Shown: one piece after another, positions 45,816 through 55,432 of the stretch
How positions within the stretch are numbered: position 1 is the stretch's first letter
Layout of the letters: each line of letters opens with the position of its first letter
Origin: a virus
Virus record (IMG/VR): IMGVR_UViG_3300028558_000001
Location: 64,001 to 128,000 of that record
Strand: one strand, 5' to 3'
DNA length: 64,000 nt
The notes under the pieces: generated by a model
Seen by the model: only the letters and a program-made list of their open reading frames with translations
What the model was told of the DNA's origin: nothing
The model's database searches: none
Translations under genes and position numbers: made by a program

Positions 45816-48566
45816 TTAGGCAAAGCTTCCATAACCAGCGAACAACTTCTTTAGATGAGCGTCAGCGGGGGCAACTTCTGCGGTCTTTTCCTTTTTAGGA
45901 GTTGTTGTATCACTCTTGCTACTTCCAGTAGAAGTTTGGACACTAACCGATGAAGATGATGGAGTAGTTTTTGCTACTTCATTATCTGTAGATATATCGT
46001 CTAATTGTTTACCAGTAGATGGGTCTTGATCTAAAATAGTATTTTTAAATGTATTCTGATTATCAGCATTTAATGGGTCTATTCTAGATGCGTCTCTAAT
46101 ATCAGAATTCATTCTTCCACCAGAATCCCTCAACATTTCACCAACGCTTTTTCTCATTGGTGTTGGAGCGCCAATACTATTACCAAAAGTGTTCTGGTTA
46201 TCAGCACTAGTTAAATCATTATCAGTTGGAGTAATATTATATGGAGGTTTATATTCTACTTGTGAAGGAAGCGGAGTAGCTTCTTCTTCATTTAGTTGAC
46301 TTGGTGGACTTGGATTTGGATTTATACTAGTAGGTATATCTCTTTGACTCCAAGAAATAACTCGGTCCCTTACTTCCTCTGGAACTTTATTAAATTGACT
46401 TGGAGTCATTTTTTGAAGTTGTCTTAATGTAGGATCAGTTTTTAATGGCTTTTGTGGTATTGGTGACTTATAGACACGATCATCACCTTTATCAGAATCA
46501 AGAGAAGCTTTATCTGTTTTTACTACTGGTGCAGCATCTTTAGCTGGTGCATCATCTTTTTTAGCTGGAGCAGGTTCTTCTTTAGGTGTTAAATCAATTT
46601 TTCCTGCATCTTCTATTTTCATATTTTTTAAGTTATTATATAACTCTTCGGGATTAGTCCCTTGCTGAGCAGCCGCAGCCGCGACTTTCGCAAAGTACCC
46701 GCCATCATGTTCGCCACGAAATGATTTAATAAATTCTGCATATGATCTAGAATGTTGTGCTAGAGATACTAAGCTTTTCTGTGCTAAACTACCATACATT
46801 TGACGGTCATGTTCAGTTGCGCCTAACTCACCTTTACCACCATAACCCAATACAGGATCATTTGGATTTCTAAGCATTCTCTGACCTTGATCAATTAATT
46901 TATCAAGGTGTACTTTTTCTGCATCTGATAACTTATCATAATTTTGCTTTTTAAAGTTTTCCCAATACCCCTTTGTAATTTGAATTGGACCATATGCTGA
47001 TGATGATCTTCCCCCATTTTGAGAAGGTGTGACCCTTGTTCTGATGAATCTATTTTCATCAGTTATAGCCCCTGCATTTCCAGTCTCGGCTTTCATAATA
47101 GAACGCATCATTGTATCGGCAGGGGAGCTTACGAATGGACTCTTTGTATTAGGGCTACTTCTATTGTCAGGAGTGGCGTCACCACCACTCTGCTTTTCTC
47201 TCATTCTAGCAGAATAAGCATCTGATTCTTTATTAAATGCATCTTCATCATGAACTTTATCGCCCATACCAAATGCCTTTAACATAGAATCAGCATTTTT
47301 ACCGGCATTAACTCCAGTAGTTGCATTGTTAAATGCATTGCCTAACATTGCACCGCCAAGACCAAGCGCCCCGGCAATACCAAGTACAGTAGCTAATTTA
47401 GATTTAAACTCTTGGAATTTAGTTTCTAGATTTTTCTCACTTTTAGAAACCTTAACAGGCTTACCATCTGCCTCAGTAATATTATGTAGAAGTCTTTCAA
47501 CCTTTTCTTCTGTTTCAGCAATACGTTCTAGGAACTTGTTAGTGATCTTAGCTTCTTTAGGAAGTTCTTGTGCTTCTTTATCTAAGTCTTGTTCTTCGAG
47601 CTTATGAACAATATCTCCATTTGGCTTAATATAAAAATTAGCACTATCAGGACGCATACCATTTGTATTACGGAAGCCAGCCGCCGCAGAAAAACCACCA
47701 GATGATGTAGGCTTTCCAGCAAGAAATTGCTCACGCTCTTTCATTACTTCCTGCATTGTTTTATTATTTTCTTCCAAAACTTTTGCTAGTTTTGTATTTT
47801 CAGTTTTTCTAACAGCTTCAATAAGATCATTTGGCTTAGAACGTTTTACTTCTATATCACGATCTTCTTTTTCGTGTTCTACTCTTCTTTTAGTATTTTT
47901 AGCTACTTGCTGTTTTTGAACTAATTTTGCAACATTATATTGATAATCAGCTTCATCACTGGCTTTATTTAATGCAGTTAATTTGTCTCTATAAGCTTTA
48001 GTATTAAAAGCTCCTTTAATGCCTTTATGTTCTCTACGATGCTCAGAGATTTTTAATTTAGCTGATTTTCTATCAACGTCCATTTTCTGAACGGTTTCAT
48101 ATAAGTCAGATGTTTTGATTCTATCAGCAGCAGCTTCTTCACGTCTTTTAGCGTCTAGTGCTTCTCTAGCTTTTCTGTCTTGTTCTGCTTGTGCATCAAC
48201 TACTTTTTTTATTTCAGCATTACTAAGCTTCGAAGCAGCCGTAGCAGCAGCTTCTAGGTCTCTGATTTTTCTATCAAATGCCTTTTCCATAGCATCAATT
48301 TCTGCTTGGAATTTTTTGCGAGCGTTTTCATCGGCTCTCTGAGCCTTTTCATGAAGGTCTCTTAATTGTCTTTGGGCTGTAGCTAATTGATTATTGAGAG
48401 AACCTAAGTGTCTTTTCTGTTGTTCTTGTTCTCTATCTTGACGGTCAGCTTCACGTTTAGCTTTACGAGCATTAGCATCCATTGCTTTATATACATCTGG
48501 AAATGCTCTCTTTACAAGAAAATTAAAAGGATCGAATCCTGAGTTATTATTTTTATTATCACTCAT
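45816..48566 (-). CDS. gp29-like baseplate hub/tape-measure protein with lysozyme-like domain
   Basis: Coiled-coil N-term, central hydrophobic segment, IMKAETG...SSAYGPIQIT transglycosylase-like motif; downstream of gp26-gp51. Confidence 0.6.
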   Translation of the reverse strand: MSDNKNNNSGFDPFNFLVKRAFPDVYKAMDANARKAKREADRQDREQEQQKRHLGSLNNQLATAQRQLRDLHEKAQRADENARKKFQAEIDAMEKAFDRKIRDLEAAATAASKLSNAEIKKVVDAQAEQDRKAREALDAKRREEAAADRIKTSDLYETVQKMDVDRKSAKLKISEHRREHKGIKGAFNTKAYRDKLTALNKASDEADYQYNVAKLVQKQQVAKNTKRRVEHEKEDRDIEVKRSKPNDLIEAVRKTENTKLAKVLEENNKTMQEVMKEREQFLAGKPTSSGGFSAAAGFRNTNGMRPDSANFYIKPNGDIVHKLEEQDLDKEAQELPKEAKITNKFLERIAETEEKVERLLHNITEADGKPVKVSKSEKNLETKFQEFKSKLATVLGIAGALGLGGAMLGNAFNNATTGVNAGKNADSMLKAFGMGDKVHDEDAFNKESDAYSARMREKQSGGDATPDNRSSPNTKSPFVSSPADTMMRSIMKAETGNAGAITDENRFIRTRVTPSQNGGRSSSAYGPIQITKGYWENFKKQNYDKLSDAEKVHLDKLIDQGQRMLRNPNDPVLGYGGKGELGATEHDRQMYGSLAQKSLVSLAQHSRSYAEFIKSFRGEHDGGYFAKVAAAAAQQGTNPEELYNNLKNMKIEDAGKIDLTPKEEPAPAKKDDAPAKDAAPVVKTDKASLDSDKGDDRVYKSPIPQKPLKTDPTLRQLQKMTPSQFNKVPEEVRDRVISWSQRDIPTSINPNPSPPSQLNEEEATPLPSQVEYKPPYNITPTDNDLTSADNQNTFGNSIGAPTPMRKSVGEMLRDSGGRMNSDIRDASRIDPLNADNQNTFKNTILDQDPSTGKQLDDISTDNEVAKTTPSSSSVSVQTSTGSSKSDTTTPKKEKTAEVAPADAHLKKLFAGYGSFA

Positions 48567-48600
48567 CTATTGGTTGCTTTCTTTCCTTTTAGTTTTCTTT

Positions 48601-48608
48601 TATTTATA
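48601..48608 (-). promoter_or_regulatory. T4-type late promoter TATAAATA
   Basis: Exact consensus upstream of the gp29-like gene. Confidence 0.65.
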
Positions 48609-48785
48609 TTATTTTGCTGCTTTTTTCCGCCTATCTTCTATTTCTCTCATGGTATTGACTACCATCTGTACATTAATGTCTCGTTCAAAGGGGAACCTGT
48701 TTTCCTGTTCCTCTATGTCCCATCCGTGATGTTGTTTCATTGAATATTCAGTAGTATAATAGTTGCTTAGACTATTATAGCTCAT
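48609..48785 (-). CDS. gp51: Baseplate hub assembly catalyst gp51-like (58 aa)
   Basis: Manual translation MSYNSLSNYYTTEYSMKQHHGWDIEEQENRFPFERDI...; follows gp26. Confidence 0.8.
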   Translation of the reverse strand: MSYNSLSNYYTTEYSMKQHHGWDIEEQENRFPFERDINVQMVVNTMREIEDRRKKAAK

Positions 48786-49498
48786 AGAAAGTAAAAAAAA
48801 TCCATAAATGTTGTTAATTCAATTTTACGATCAGTGTCTAGTGAATTCTTATACTTAATGACATGTTCAATGTTTGGAAGATTATTTAGGAAGGTCTGAA
48901 TCTTTTCAAATGCCTTGGCATCTAGATTTTCTTCGATCCATGTAACTACTTCTTCCTTTGGATATGAAGAAGGATCATAAACTGTATCGCCTTCATAAAT
49001 TTTATCAATTGTATTGATAATTAATTCAAATAATGATTCATTAACATCAGTTAAGTTAAGAAACTCTTTATCTTCATATAGAGAAGCGGCAGGATATTTT
49101 AGAGTTACAACAATGTCTTTTGTTACCTGAATCTTCTTATCGACGGTCTCAGGAAAATTGACGTGTAACTCGTCTAGAGGAATTTCAAAGTTATAAACTT
49201 TGTCGTCCATATTGTCCTTGAAGGCAGCTTTGATTTTATTGTTTACGGATGCGGCATATAGCTTGAGATAGATATACTCAAGATCGAAAATAGCGATATT
49301 GTCAACGTTAAAGTCAGTATCAATAGCGCAGTTGTTGACGATCTGCTTTACAGCTAATAGAACATCTGACACATTACCGGCAGTCTTGGCAATGAGAAGA
49401 ATCTTCTCTTCCTTAACTAGGAATGGTCTGAACTTTGCTTTCTTTTTTGTTGAGGGAATATCAATATTAAAAATAGGATGTTTAATCTTAGGAAGCAT
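48782..49498 (-). CDS. gp26: Baseplate hub subunit gp26
   Basis: LPKI..P.F...IPST...KFRPFLVKEEKILL, FDLEY.YL.L, LKYP, DFF. Confidence 0.9.
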   Translation of the reverse strand: MLPKIKHPIFNIDIPSTKKKAKFRPFLVKEEKILLIAKTAGNVSDVLLAVKQIVNNCAIDTDFNVDNIAIFDLEYIYLKLYAASVNNKIKAAFKDNMDDKVYNFEIPLDELHVNFPETVDKKIQVTKDIVVTLKYPAASLYEDKEFLNLTDVNESLFELIINTIDKIYEGDTVYDPSSYPKEEVVTWIEENLDAKAFEKIQTFLNNLPNIEHVIKYKNSLDTDRKIELTTFMDFFYFL

Positions 49499-49516
49499 TA
49501 AATAGAAACTCCAATA

Positions 49517-50092
49517 TTATGTTAATTGCAAACTCCAAGTAAAGTAGGAAATGCCTACAGTTACTTTCATTAAATTAGAACCATTTTCCCAACTTAAAGG
49601 TATTTCTTCTAAGTATGTAGGAAACGCCTTATTTAATGTATGGGTCATGACTGGATTTCCCTCATTTTCAAAAGTCTTAATTGTTATACTAGTTGTATAA
49701 TTGTCTTTATATGCTAATTGAAATGAAGGGATTCCTCCATTATTTATAGTAGAAAATTGAATTATATAGTTTAACCACCCATAAAAGAAGTTGTATATTT
49801 CTCCATTGGCGTCTGAAATAAAGGATATTGTACTATCAGTATATGTTATATTATATGGCATCTTCTGTGCTGGACCGATACCATAAATTAGGTTATCTCC
49901 AGTCTGTATTTTTAATCCCGGTAAAGCAGTATCACATGCCCTAAACGTCATTAGCTTAGCTAGATCAGATGATCCCATTGTAGAAATTTTACCTAACGCC
50001 GCATTAACAGGAATGGACACTTCAAATTTGTTATTTTGAAGTGTTCCATAATTTCCTATATTTTGTTTAAATGCGTTAACGTCAAACGCCAT
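49517..50092 (-). CDS. Tail tube initiator gp54-like
   Basis: True start MAFDVNAFK at 50092; N.FEV, LPG, MPY..TY, AFP..L..IPLSW motifs. Confidence 0.75.
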   Translation of the reverse strand: MAFDVNAFKQNIGNYGTLQNNKFEVSIPVNAALGKISTMGSSDLAKLMTFRACDTALPGLKIQTGDNLIYGIGPAQKMPYNITYTDSTISFISDANGEIYNFFYGWLNYIIQFSTINNGGIPSFQLAYKDNYTTSITIKTFENEGNPVMTHTLNKAFPTYLEEIPLSWENGSNLMKVTVGISYFTWSLQLT

Positions 50093-50544
50093 TAAGGATG
50101 AACTTTCTGTACTAATGTTATAGCGGTATAACCATATTGACCGATCCACATTAATACAGCACCGCCACCAACAGCTAACCAAATATATTTTGTTAGGGAA
50201 TCAAGCTTGCTACCAAGAGAATCAATTTTAGTAGATAATACTTTAATGTCTTCATCTTTCTCGGTTAACTTCTTTTCTACGGTTGCGTAATGATCCTTGA
50301 GCTTATTATCTAGTTCTGTACGGCTTTTATCGAGTGAGTCTCTATAATTATTATTGTTCTGTTCGTGATATGCCAAACGCTGTTCGTGAACTGCTAATAG
50401 ATTAGTTACATTAGATGAAACCTCAGTTAACTTATCTATCGTAATATCCATCTTTTCAACTAGAATAGATATTTGTGCCATGTTTTTTTGAAGCTCCGAT
50501 ACGTCGTCTCGTATTTTTTCTACACGTTCTACTGACACGATCAT
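50092..50544 (-). CDS. Coiled-coil protein with C-terminal TM helix (holin-like candidate)
   Basis: LAVHEQRL coiled coil; KYIWLAVGGGAVLMWIG TM segment. Confidence 0.5.
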   Translation of the reverse strand: MIVSVERVEKIRDDVSELQKNMAQISILVEKMDITIDKLTEVSSNVTNLLAVHEQRLAYHEQNNNNYRDSLDKSRTELDNKLKDHYATVEKKLTEKDEDIKVLSTKIDSLGSKLDSLTKYIWLAVGGGAVLMWIGQYGYTAITLVQKVHP

Positions 50545-50717
50545 GCCCCTTTTCTTTTTATGATAGAGTAAAGAGGCTTCTTTTTCTTACGGGTGTCTTT
50601 TCCGGGTTCTGCTTGATTTGGAAGGTTAGGATTATTTACACCAATGCCAGCAACGTTTCCGCCGCCCGCACAATTTGTAGGAGTTCCATCCTCCGCTATT
50701 GTTTTTATTTTTGACAT
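50541..50717 (-). CDS. Small conserved T4-like peptide (58 aa)
   Basis: Manual translation MSKIKTIAEDGTPTNCAGGGNVAGIG...EPGKDTRKKKK. Confidence 0.55.
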   Translation of the reverse strand: MSKIKTIAEDGTPTNCAGGGNVAGIGVNNPNLPNQAEPGKDTRKKKKPLYSIIKRKGA

Positions 50718-50728
50718 TCCATTTCCCT

Positions 50729-51115
50729 TTATATTTTTCTTAATATGTCTATAATGCCAACGTCCATAGGGACGGCGGCGGTTTCTATATGTACGCCCTT
50801 AATATTATAAACATATTCTGGTAAAATATTTAGAGTTAAGAGAAACGGTTTAATTAACTCTAAATATTTTTCCATTTTTAAAAATATAATTCTACACAAC
50901 GCCTCTGGACCGAAAACATTATTTAGGATAATAAGGTGATTTAGAACTAGACGTTCATCTATTAAACCACTTGTCTTATACTTAGTTAGTGTTTTCTTTA
51001 TGTATTTAATGCGTTTTAAATCATCAAGAAATTCTTCTGTTGAATGACAATGAATATTATCATATTTGTTTGCACAGTATAGAATGAAGTTATCGTCATT
51101 CAATTCAGGTATCAT
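50729..51115 (-). CDS. Conserved T4-like hypothetical protein
   Basis: ELN.DNF.LY....YDN..C...EEF.DDLKRIKYIK...ERL.LNH.I.L.NVFG. Confidence 0.7.
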   Translation of the reverse strand: MIPELNDDNFILYCANKYDNIHCHSTEEFLDDLKRIKYIKKTLTKYKTSGLIDERLVLNHLIILNNVFGPEALCRIIFLKMEKYLELIKPFLLTLNILPEYVYNIKGVHIETAAVPMDVGIIDILRKI

Positions 51116-51119
51116 TTAC

Positions 51120-51407
51120 TTAAAATGCTCCTAGAGCTACTCTCTTTAATACATTGTTGGCTACTGCCACATAGAGATAATTTAAATCCATAAAAATAGA
51201 CCCCTGTGAAACAGTGATTGAACTGTTCGCAGGGGTATTAGCAACATTAATTGAATTAGCAGTAGTATAGATATTACTAATTGATATTGTTTCTAACGCA
51301 GGGTTAGAAGGGTTAGCGAGTGAGACTAGAACTAGTCTGTCACTCGTCCCTGCTGTGTTAGCAATTGGTAATTGTGAAAATTTTATAGTATTAGTATTCG
51401 CGCTCAT
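51120..51407 (-). CDS. Small virion structural protein (putative)
   Basis: KFSQLP...TPANSS...G.I..D.NYLYVA...KRVAL. Confidence 0.55.
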   Translation of the reverse strand: MSANTNTIKFSQLPIANTAGTSDRLVLVSLANPSNPALETISISNIYTTANSINVANTPANSSITVSQGSIFMDLNYLYVAVANNVLKRVALGAF

Positions 51408-51420
51408 GCTACTTTATTCC

Positions 51421-51969
51421 TTATGGAACGTTAGCTGTAGCTTGAATTGTTCCTGCTGCAACTAGTGTTTCATACTGTTTACGTCCTGCGCGACCACCAA
51501 ATGTTAGTGAAAATGCTGCTAGAGTACCGTTTGCTGTACCGCCTGTTGAGTTGGCTACAACTGCTGTTTCAGTACCAAGGAATCCAGAAGATGAACTTGT
51601 TAGTGTAACAGTATTAATAGTACCATTTGCATAGGTAGTAATAGCGCCTAGGGCAGGAGCATTGTTTGTATCATATGATACAACCTTAGCAATGTCTAGA
51701 TTTGAATAACCAGAACCACCATTAGTTACAGTAAACTTAGTGACTGGACCAGTGCCAGTACGGACTAGAACCCAACCATCATGGGACATTTTAAATCCAT
51801 TATTATTTGCTGTAGTTGAATTTGCTGGAAATACACCTACAACTTGGTTCTGTGTAAATGCATCTAGATTTGTATTAGAATACAAAGTATTACCACGCGC
51901 TTTGCTCGTAGCTAGAATGTGATACTTAGGTGCTGAGTTAGCGTTTGCTGTGTTTCCCCAAAGAGACAT
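51421..51969 (-). CDS. Virion structural protein (putative head decoration)
   Basis: MSLWG...H.GWV....GGRAGR..YETLVA motif seen in T4-like virion proteins. Confidence 0.6.
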   Translation of the reverse strand: MSLWGNTANANSAPKYHILATSKARGNTLYSNTNLDAFTQNQVVGVFPANSTTANNNGFKMSHDGWVLVRTGTGPVTKFTVTNGGSGYSNLDIAKVVSYDTNNAPALGAITTYANGTINTVTLTSSSSGFLGTETAVVANSTGGTANGTLAAFSLTFGGRAGRKQYETLVAAGTIQATANVP

Positions 51970-52319
51970 TATTGATTTCCTTCTGTGTTGTTGATTATTT
52001 TGTCGAAATGAGCAATTTCTGAATCAGAAAAAGTCACATCAATATTTTCACGTACAGAAGATTTCTTCTTTGGCTTTACGGACTTTTCTTTCTTTTCTTT
52101 GTCCTGTAAATTATCATCGTCTTTTTCTTCATTTCCGTCCCCATCGACACCATTAATTTTTGGGTCGGTTTCGACTTCTGTTTTTTCCGTTGGCTTCGTC
52201 TTAACGTCGCCTTCGTCTTTTTCTTCTTTATCAGTATCTTTAGCTTCTACTATCTTAGCGATAGTATTTAGAAAATCTTTTGATACCAATTCTCTAATAT
52301 CTGTAATAAAAATAGACAT
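51969..52319 (-). CDS. Highly charged late protein (prohead core/internal protein-like)
   Basis: K/E/D-rich; tandem AATAAATA late-like promoters at about 52345-52362. Confidence 0.45.
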   Translation of the reverse strand: MSIFITDIRELVSKDFLNTIAKIVEAKDTDKEEKDEGDVKTKPTEKTEVETDPKINGVDGDGNEEKDDDNLQDKEKKEKSVKPKKKSSVRENIDVTFSDSEIAHFDKIINNTEGNQ

Positions 52320-52381
52320 TTGTTTCCCTATATAATAAAAACTATATTTATTATATTTATTGGAATCAAATGCCTATTAAA

Positions 52382-52579
52382 TTAAATAGCAATCTGTTTG
52401 AGGATTTTTCTTGCAGTACCGGGAGCTAGGTTTCCTTCATGTCTTGGGAGGGCGACAATTATACAAAACTCAGGATGAGAGTAGATTTCATGCGGGCCAC
52501 TGTTTCGTTTCAGGGACCATCCCTTTTTATAGAGAAGGGTTTTCATTTCTGATCGGGAGAATTGAATATTAGTTTTCAT
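52382..52579 (-). CDS. HicA-family mRNA interferase-like protein
   Basis: L.KKGW...R..GPH....HP......P.H..L..GT...ILKQ; start MKTNIQF at 52579. Confidence 0.8.
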   Translation of the reverse strand: MKTNIQFSRSEMKTLLYKKGWSLKRNSGPHEIYSHPEFCIIVALPRHEGNLAPGTARKILKQIAI

Positions 52580-52580
52580 A

Positions 52581-52793
52581 TCAATTCTCCGTGGAAGGTA
52601 AGCCTTCGACGGTAAAGAACTTTGGAATCCAACCTTCAAATGCCTTACCATCCTTTAGGTTAGAAAGAACTTTGTTTGCGGCAGAATATGTAGGGAAGTT
52701 ACCAAACATGATTTCAGAAGTCTTTTCATAGATAGCGAACTTGTTCTGATTAGTAGTTCTTAACTCATATACGTTTGTTAGGTTGTCCATCAT
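52581..52793 (-). CDS. Conserved hypothetical protein
   Basis: IYEKTS...L..G.AFEGW.P.FF motif. Confidence 0.55.
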   Translation of the reverse strand: MMDNLTNVYELRTTNQNKFAIYEKTSEIMFGNFPTYSAANKVLSNLKDGKAFEGWIPKFFTVEGLPSTEN

Positions 52794-53101
52794 TCGTCTT
52801 CCCCTGAACGAAAATAAGTATCGGATTCTTTAATCTTATTATAAAGATTTACGATTTCTGTTTGAGTAGAATCATGTATATCTGATAACCAATTAATAAG
52901 TTTATTTCTCTTCTCTACTAAAAGCTGTATTCTCTGATACTCTGCTTCCCTTCGTGTAGCAAAGGTATTAGCGAAAGGGATATAATAACGATTTTCTAAT
53001 TCATCGCCAACTAGGTATTCCTTAGCTTCATATTCTGTTCTAAGCACTTCGTATTTATATAAATCGTAAGTAACATCTGCTATAAACCATACTGTAGACA
53101 T
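52790..53101 (-). CDS. Hypothetical protein
   Basis: GGAG SD; operon context. Confidence 0.5.
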   Translation of the reverse strand: MSTVWFIADVTYDLYKYEVLRTEYEAKEYLVGDELENRYYIPFANTFATRREAEYQRIQLLVEKRNKLINWLSDIHDSTQTEIVNLYNKIKESDTYFRSGEDE

Positions 53102-53110
53102 GCTATTCTC

Positions 53111-53563
53111 CTAGTTTAAGTGGATTGTGGGTGGATCGTAGAGAAGTATTCCGGTTTCATTTTCGAACTTTTCTTTATTATCTTCTGGAAGATAGATTGA
53201 TGCTTGTACATACGACCTTTTAAAGTTTCTATTGAAACAATATAGATCGTTCAACCTTCCTCCATTTGTCATCAAAGAAAAACAGAATTCACCAAGAACT
53301 TTCTTTGATAACGATAATTTCTTACCGTCCTGACCAGCATCAGGAGTTACGTAATTCTTACCATTACAAATATGAATTTTTTCAAACATATTGTACTGTT
53401 CACGAAATAACTGAAAAATTCTGGTAATCTTATCAGAGGTAGCTTTCTTTTTATTAAGATAGTCTTTAACCATCATGGTAATATCCATATCATTCAAGTC
53501 TGGTTCAAGAATATCGAATAACGCATCCCACATATTAAAATATTCCTTAAATCTATTTACCAA
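53111..53563 (-). CDS. Hypothetical protein
   Basis: 150 aa ORF in operon. Confidence 0.5.
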   Translation of the reverse strand: MVNRFKEYFNMWDALFDILEPDLNDMDITMMVKDYLNKKKATSDKITRIFQLFREQYNMFEKIHICNGKNYVTPDAGQDGKKLSLSKKVLGEFCFSLMTNGGRLNDLYCFNRNFKRSYVQASIYLPEDNKEKFENETGILLYDPPTIHLN

Positions 53564-53721
53564 TGATGCACCACGTTTACTATTAGTATCAAATTAGTGA
53601 CAATGTATACCAATACAATTCCACTTCTTATTAAAGCAACTTTATCGGATTCTGAATGGGAATGAGGCAAAGCCTTGTCTCCAAGGGCTTTGCTCCAATA
53701 ATACCATATATTATCAATCAT
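53557..53721 (-). CDS. Small membrane protein (54 aa)
   Basis: Manual translation MIDNIWYYWSKALGDKA...SDKVALIR...TN..IV.NVVHHW. Confidence 0.6.
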   Translation of the reverse strand: MIDNIWYYWSKALGDKALPHSHSESDKVALIRSGIVLVYIVTNLILIVNVVHHW

Positions 53722-53730
53722 ACGTTATTC

Positions 53731-55161
53731 CTATGAGAAATTATCAAATAGACTTTTGTTGAATTTACCTTTCTTCCTAGAACGGTCATTATCCTGTTCT
53801 CCAAAGAAAGTAGAATCCATAACAGGTCTATCGTCCTGAATTACTCCATCCCCATCAACGAGCAAGTTCTGGGCTGAGTCGTCTACATTGTAGAGACGCA
53901 TCTTAGACTTGTCAACTCCGACTACGAACTTATTATGTAGATCAAGAGAACCAAATCTATTTTTCAATTGCTTGAATACTAATTGTCCGAGTTTTCTAAG
54001 TTCTTCATTCTCGATAATGCCAAGCATGAAGTCTACCGTAAATGGAAGACCAGCAGATTCGGAAGTATCGGCAAGTGTAGGATCGGAGGATGACATGCCC
54101 TGTCTATTATACTGAGTACCAGAAATAATAGGAACATTTGCTTCTACTGCAAGACCACGTAATTCTTCTGCAATAGCTTTAATGTAGGAATATGAGTTAA
54201 CCGTTCCGCCCATCTTAATTCTAGATGAACAACAAATATTGATATAGTCAATATAGATAACATCTGGAATGAACTTCTTTTTAATCTTTAGTTCGTTTAG
54301 AAGATAACGGAAATGGGAAGCCCCGGCTGATCCAGTTGGATATTCTTTGATAATAAGTTTGCCGGTTGTTTTCTTCTTAACTCTGGCGATCTTCTTGTTA
54401 TACATTTCCTCTGGAATAGTTCCCATTTCGTCAAGAGGAATGTCGAGAAGGTTCGCGTCAATACGTTCTGCAATTCTTTCTTCTGCCATTTCAAGTGTGA
54501 TGTATAGGACGTTCCTACCATCCATTAGATTTGTAGCGGCCATGTGACACATAGCGCCGGTTTTAAACACGCCAGTACCGCCTAGAAGTACTGAGAGGGA
54601 CTTGCGAGGCAATCCGCCCTTTGTGATCTTGTTTAGATAATCAATATCGAATGGAATACGTTCTTCGATCTTATGATAGAATTCATATCTCTGATTAAAA
54701 TCTTCTAAGAAGTCATGTCCGATATTGGTATCAAAAGAAACTGCTAGGGCGTCTTGGAGAATGCCGGGAATGGCATCCTTAGTTAATGTTGACTTCTCCT
54801 TTTCATTTAAAATTTTAATTGATGAATGAATAGCATTATAGATAGATTTGTCCTGACAGAATGTTTCTGTTTGATCAAATAGCCAGTCTGTTGACGTTTT
54901 CTCGTCAAGCGAGAAGTTGGCGATCTTATCTTTGATTTCTTCAAATTGATCATCTGAAATCTTACTTGAATTTGATAGGTCAATGGCTAGTGATTCCTGT
55001 GATGGGAATGAGCCGTACTTGTTAACGTATGTATCAATTAGTTCAAATAAAACTTTGTCTTGATAGTCTGAGAAGTATTCTGTTTTGAGGAAGGGGAAAA
55101 TCTTTCTAGAATATGTTTCATTTAGTATTAGATTAGAAAAAATGATATTCTCGAAACTCAA
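53731..55161 (-). CDS. gp41: Replicative DNA helicase gp41
   Basis: FCQDK.IY.A, LNKITKGG, YITLEMAEERIAERIDAN, IKEYPT, IDY.NI, IAEELRGLAVE, SES, KQLKNR. Confidence 0.96.
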   Translation of the reverse strand: MSFENIIFSNLILNETYSRKIFPFLKTEYFSDYQDKVLFELIDTYVNKYGSFPSQESLAIDLSNSSKISDDQFEEIKDKIANFSLDEKTSTDWLFDQTETFCQDKSIYNAIHSSIKILNEKEKSTLTKDAIPGILQDALAVSFDTNIGHDFLEDFNQRYEFYHKIEERIPFDIDYLNKITKGGLPRKSLSVLLGGTGVFKTGAMCHMAATNLMDGRNVLYITLEMAEERIAERIDANLLDIPLDEMGTIPEEMYNKKIARVKKKTTGKLIIKEYPTGSAGASHFRYLLNELKIKKKFIPDVIYIDYINICCSSRIKMGGTVNSYSYIKAIAEELRGLAVEANVPIISGTQYNRQGMSSSDPTLADTSESAGLPFTVDFMLGIIENEELRKLGQLVFKQLKNRFGSLDLHNKFVVGVDKSKMRLYNVDDSAQNLLVDGDGVIQDDRPVMDSTFFGEQDNDRSRKKGKFNKSLFDNFS

Positions 55162-55164
55162 TTA

Positions 55165-55407
55165 TTATCCTTCGTATGGTTGTTGTGGGATTGACTTAAT
55201 TACCAGATTGATTGTTTTTACTTGATGTTCAATCGTAGAATTAATATAAGCTACCGCTTCTTCCTTTGAAGAAAACTGGTGATATGTGGCGTTGTTTGTC
55301 ACAACGCCACTATCTGGATGCTCGGAGATAATTCTAAAATTAGTCTTAAAGTCATATAGAACGTAGTCGAAAACAACGTACCACGTTAAGGCTAATTCAT
55401 TACTCAT
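55165..55407 (-). CDS. Hypothetical protein
   Basis: AAGGAG SD; between uvsX and gp41. Confidence 0.5.
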   Translation of the reverse strand: MSNELALTWYVVFDYVLYDFKTNFRIISEHPDSGVVTNNATYHQFSSKEEAVAYINSTIEHQVKTINLVIKSIPQQPYEG

Positions 55408-55432
55408 AATATATCACTCCTTCAAGTAATTG

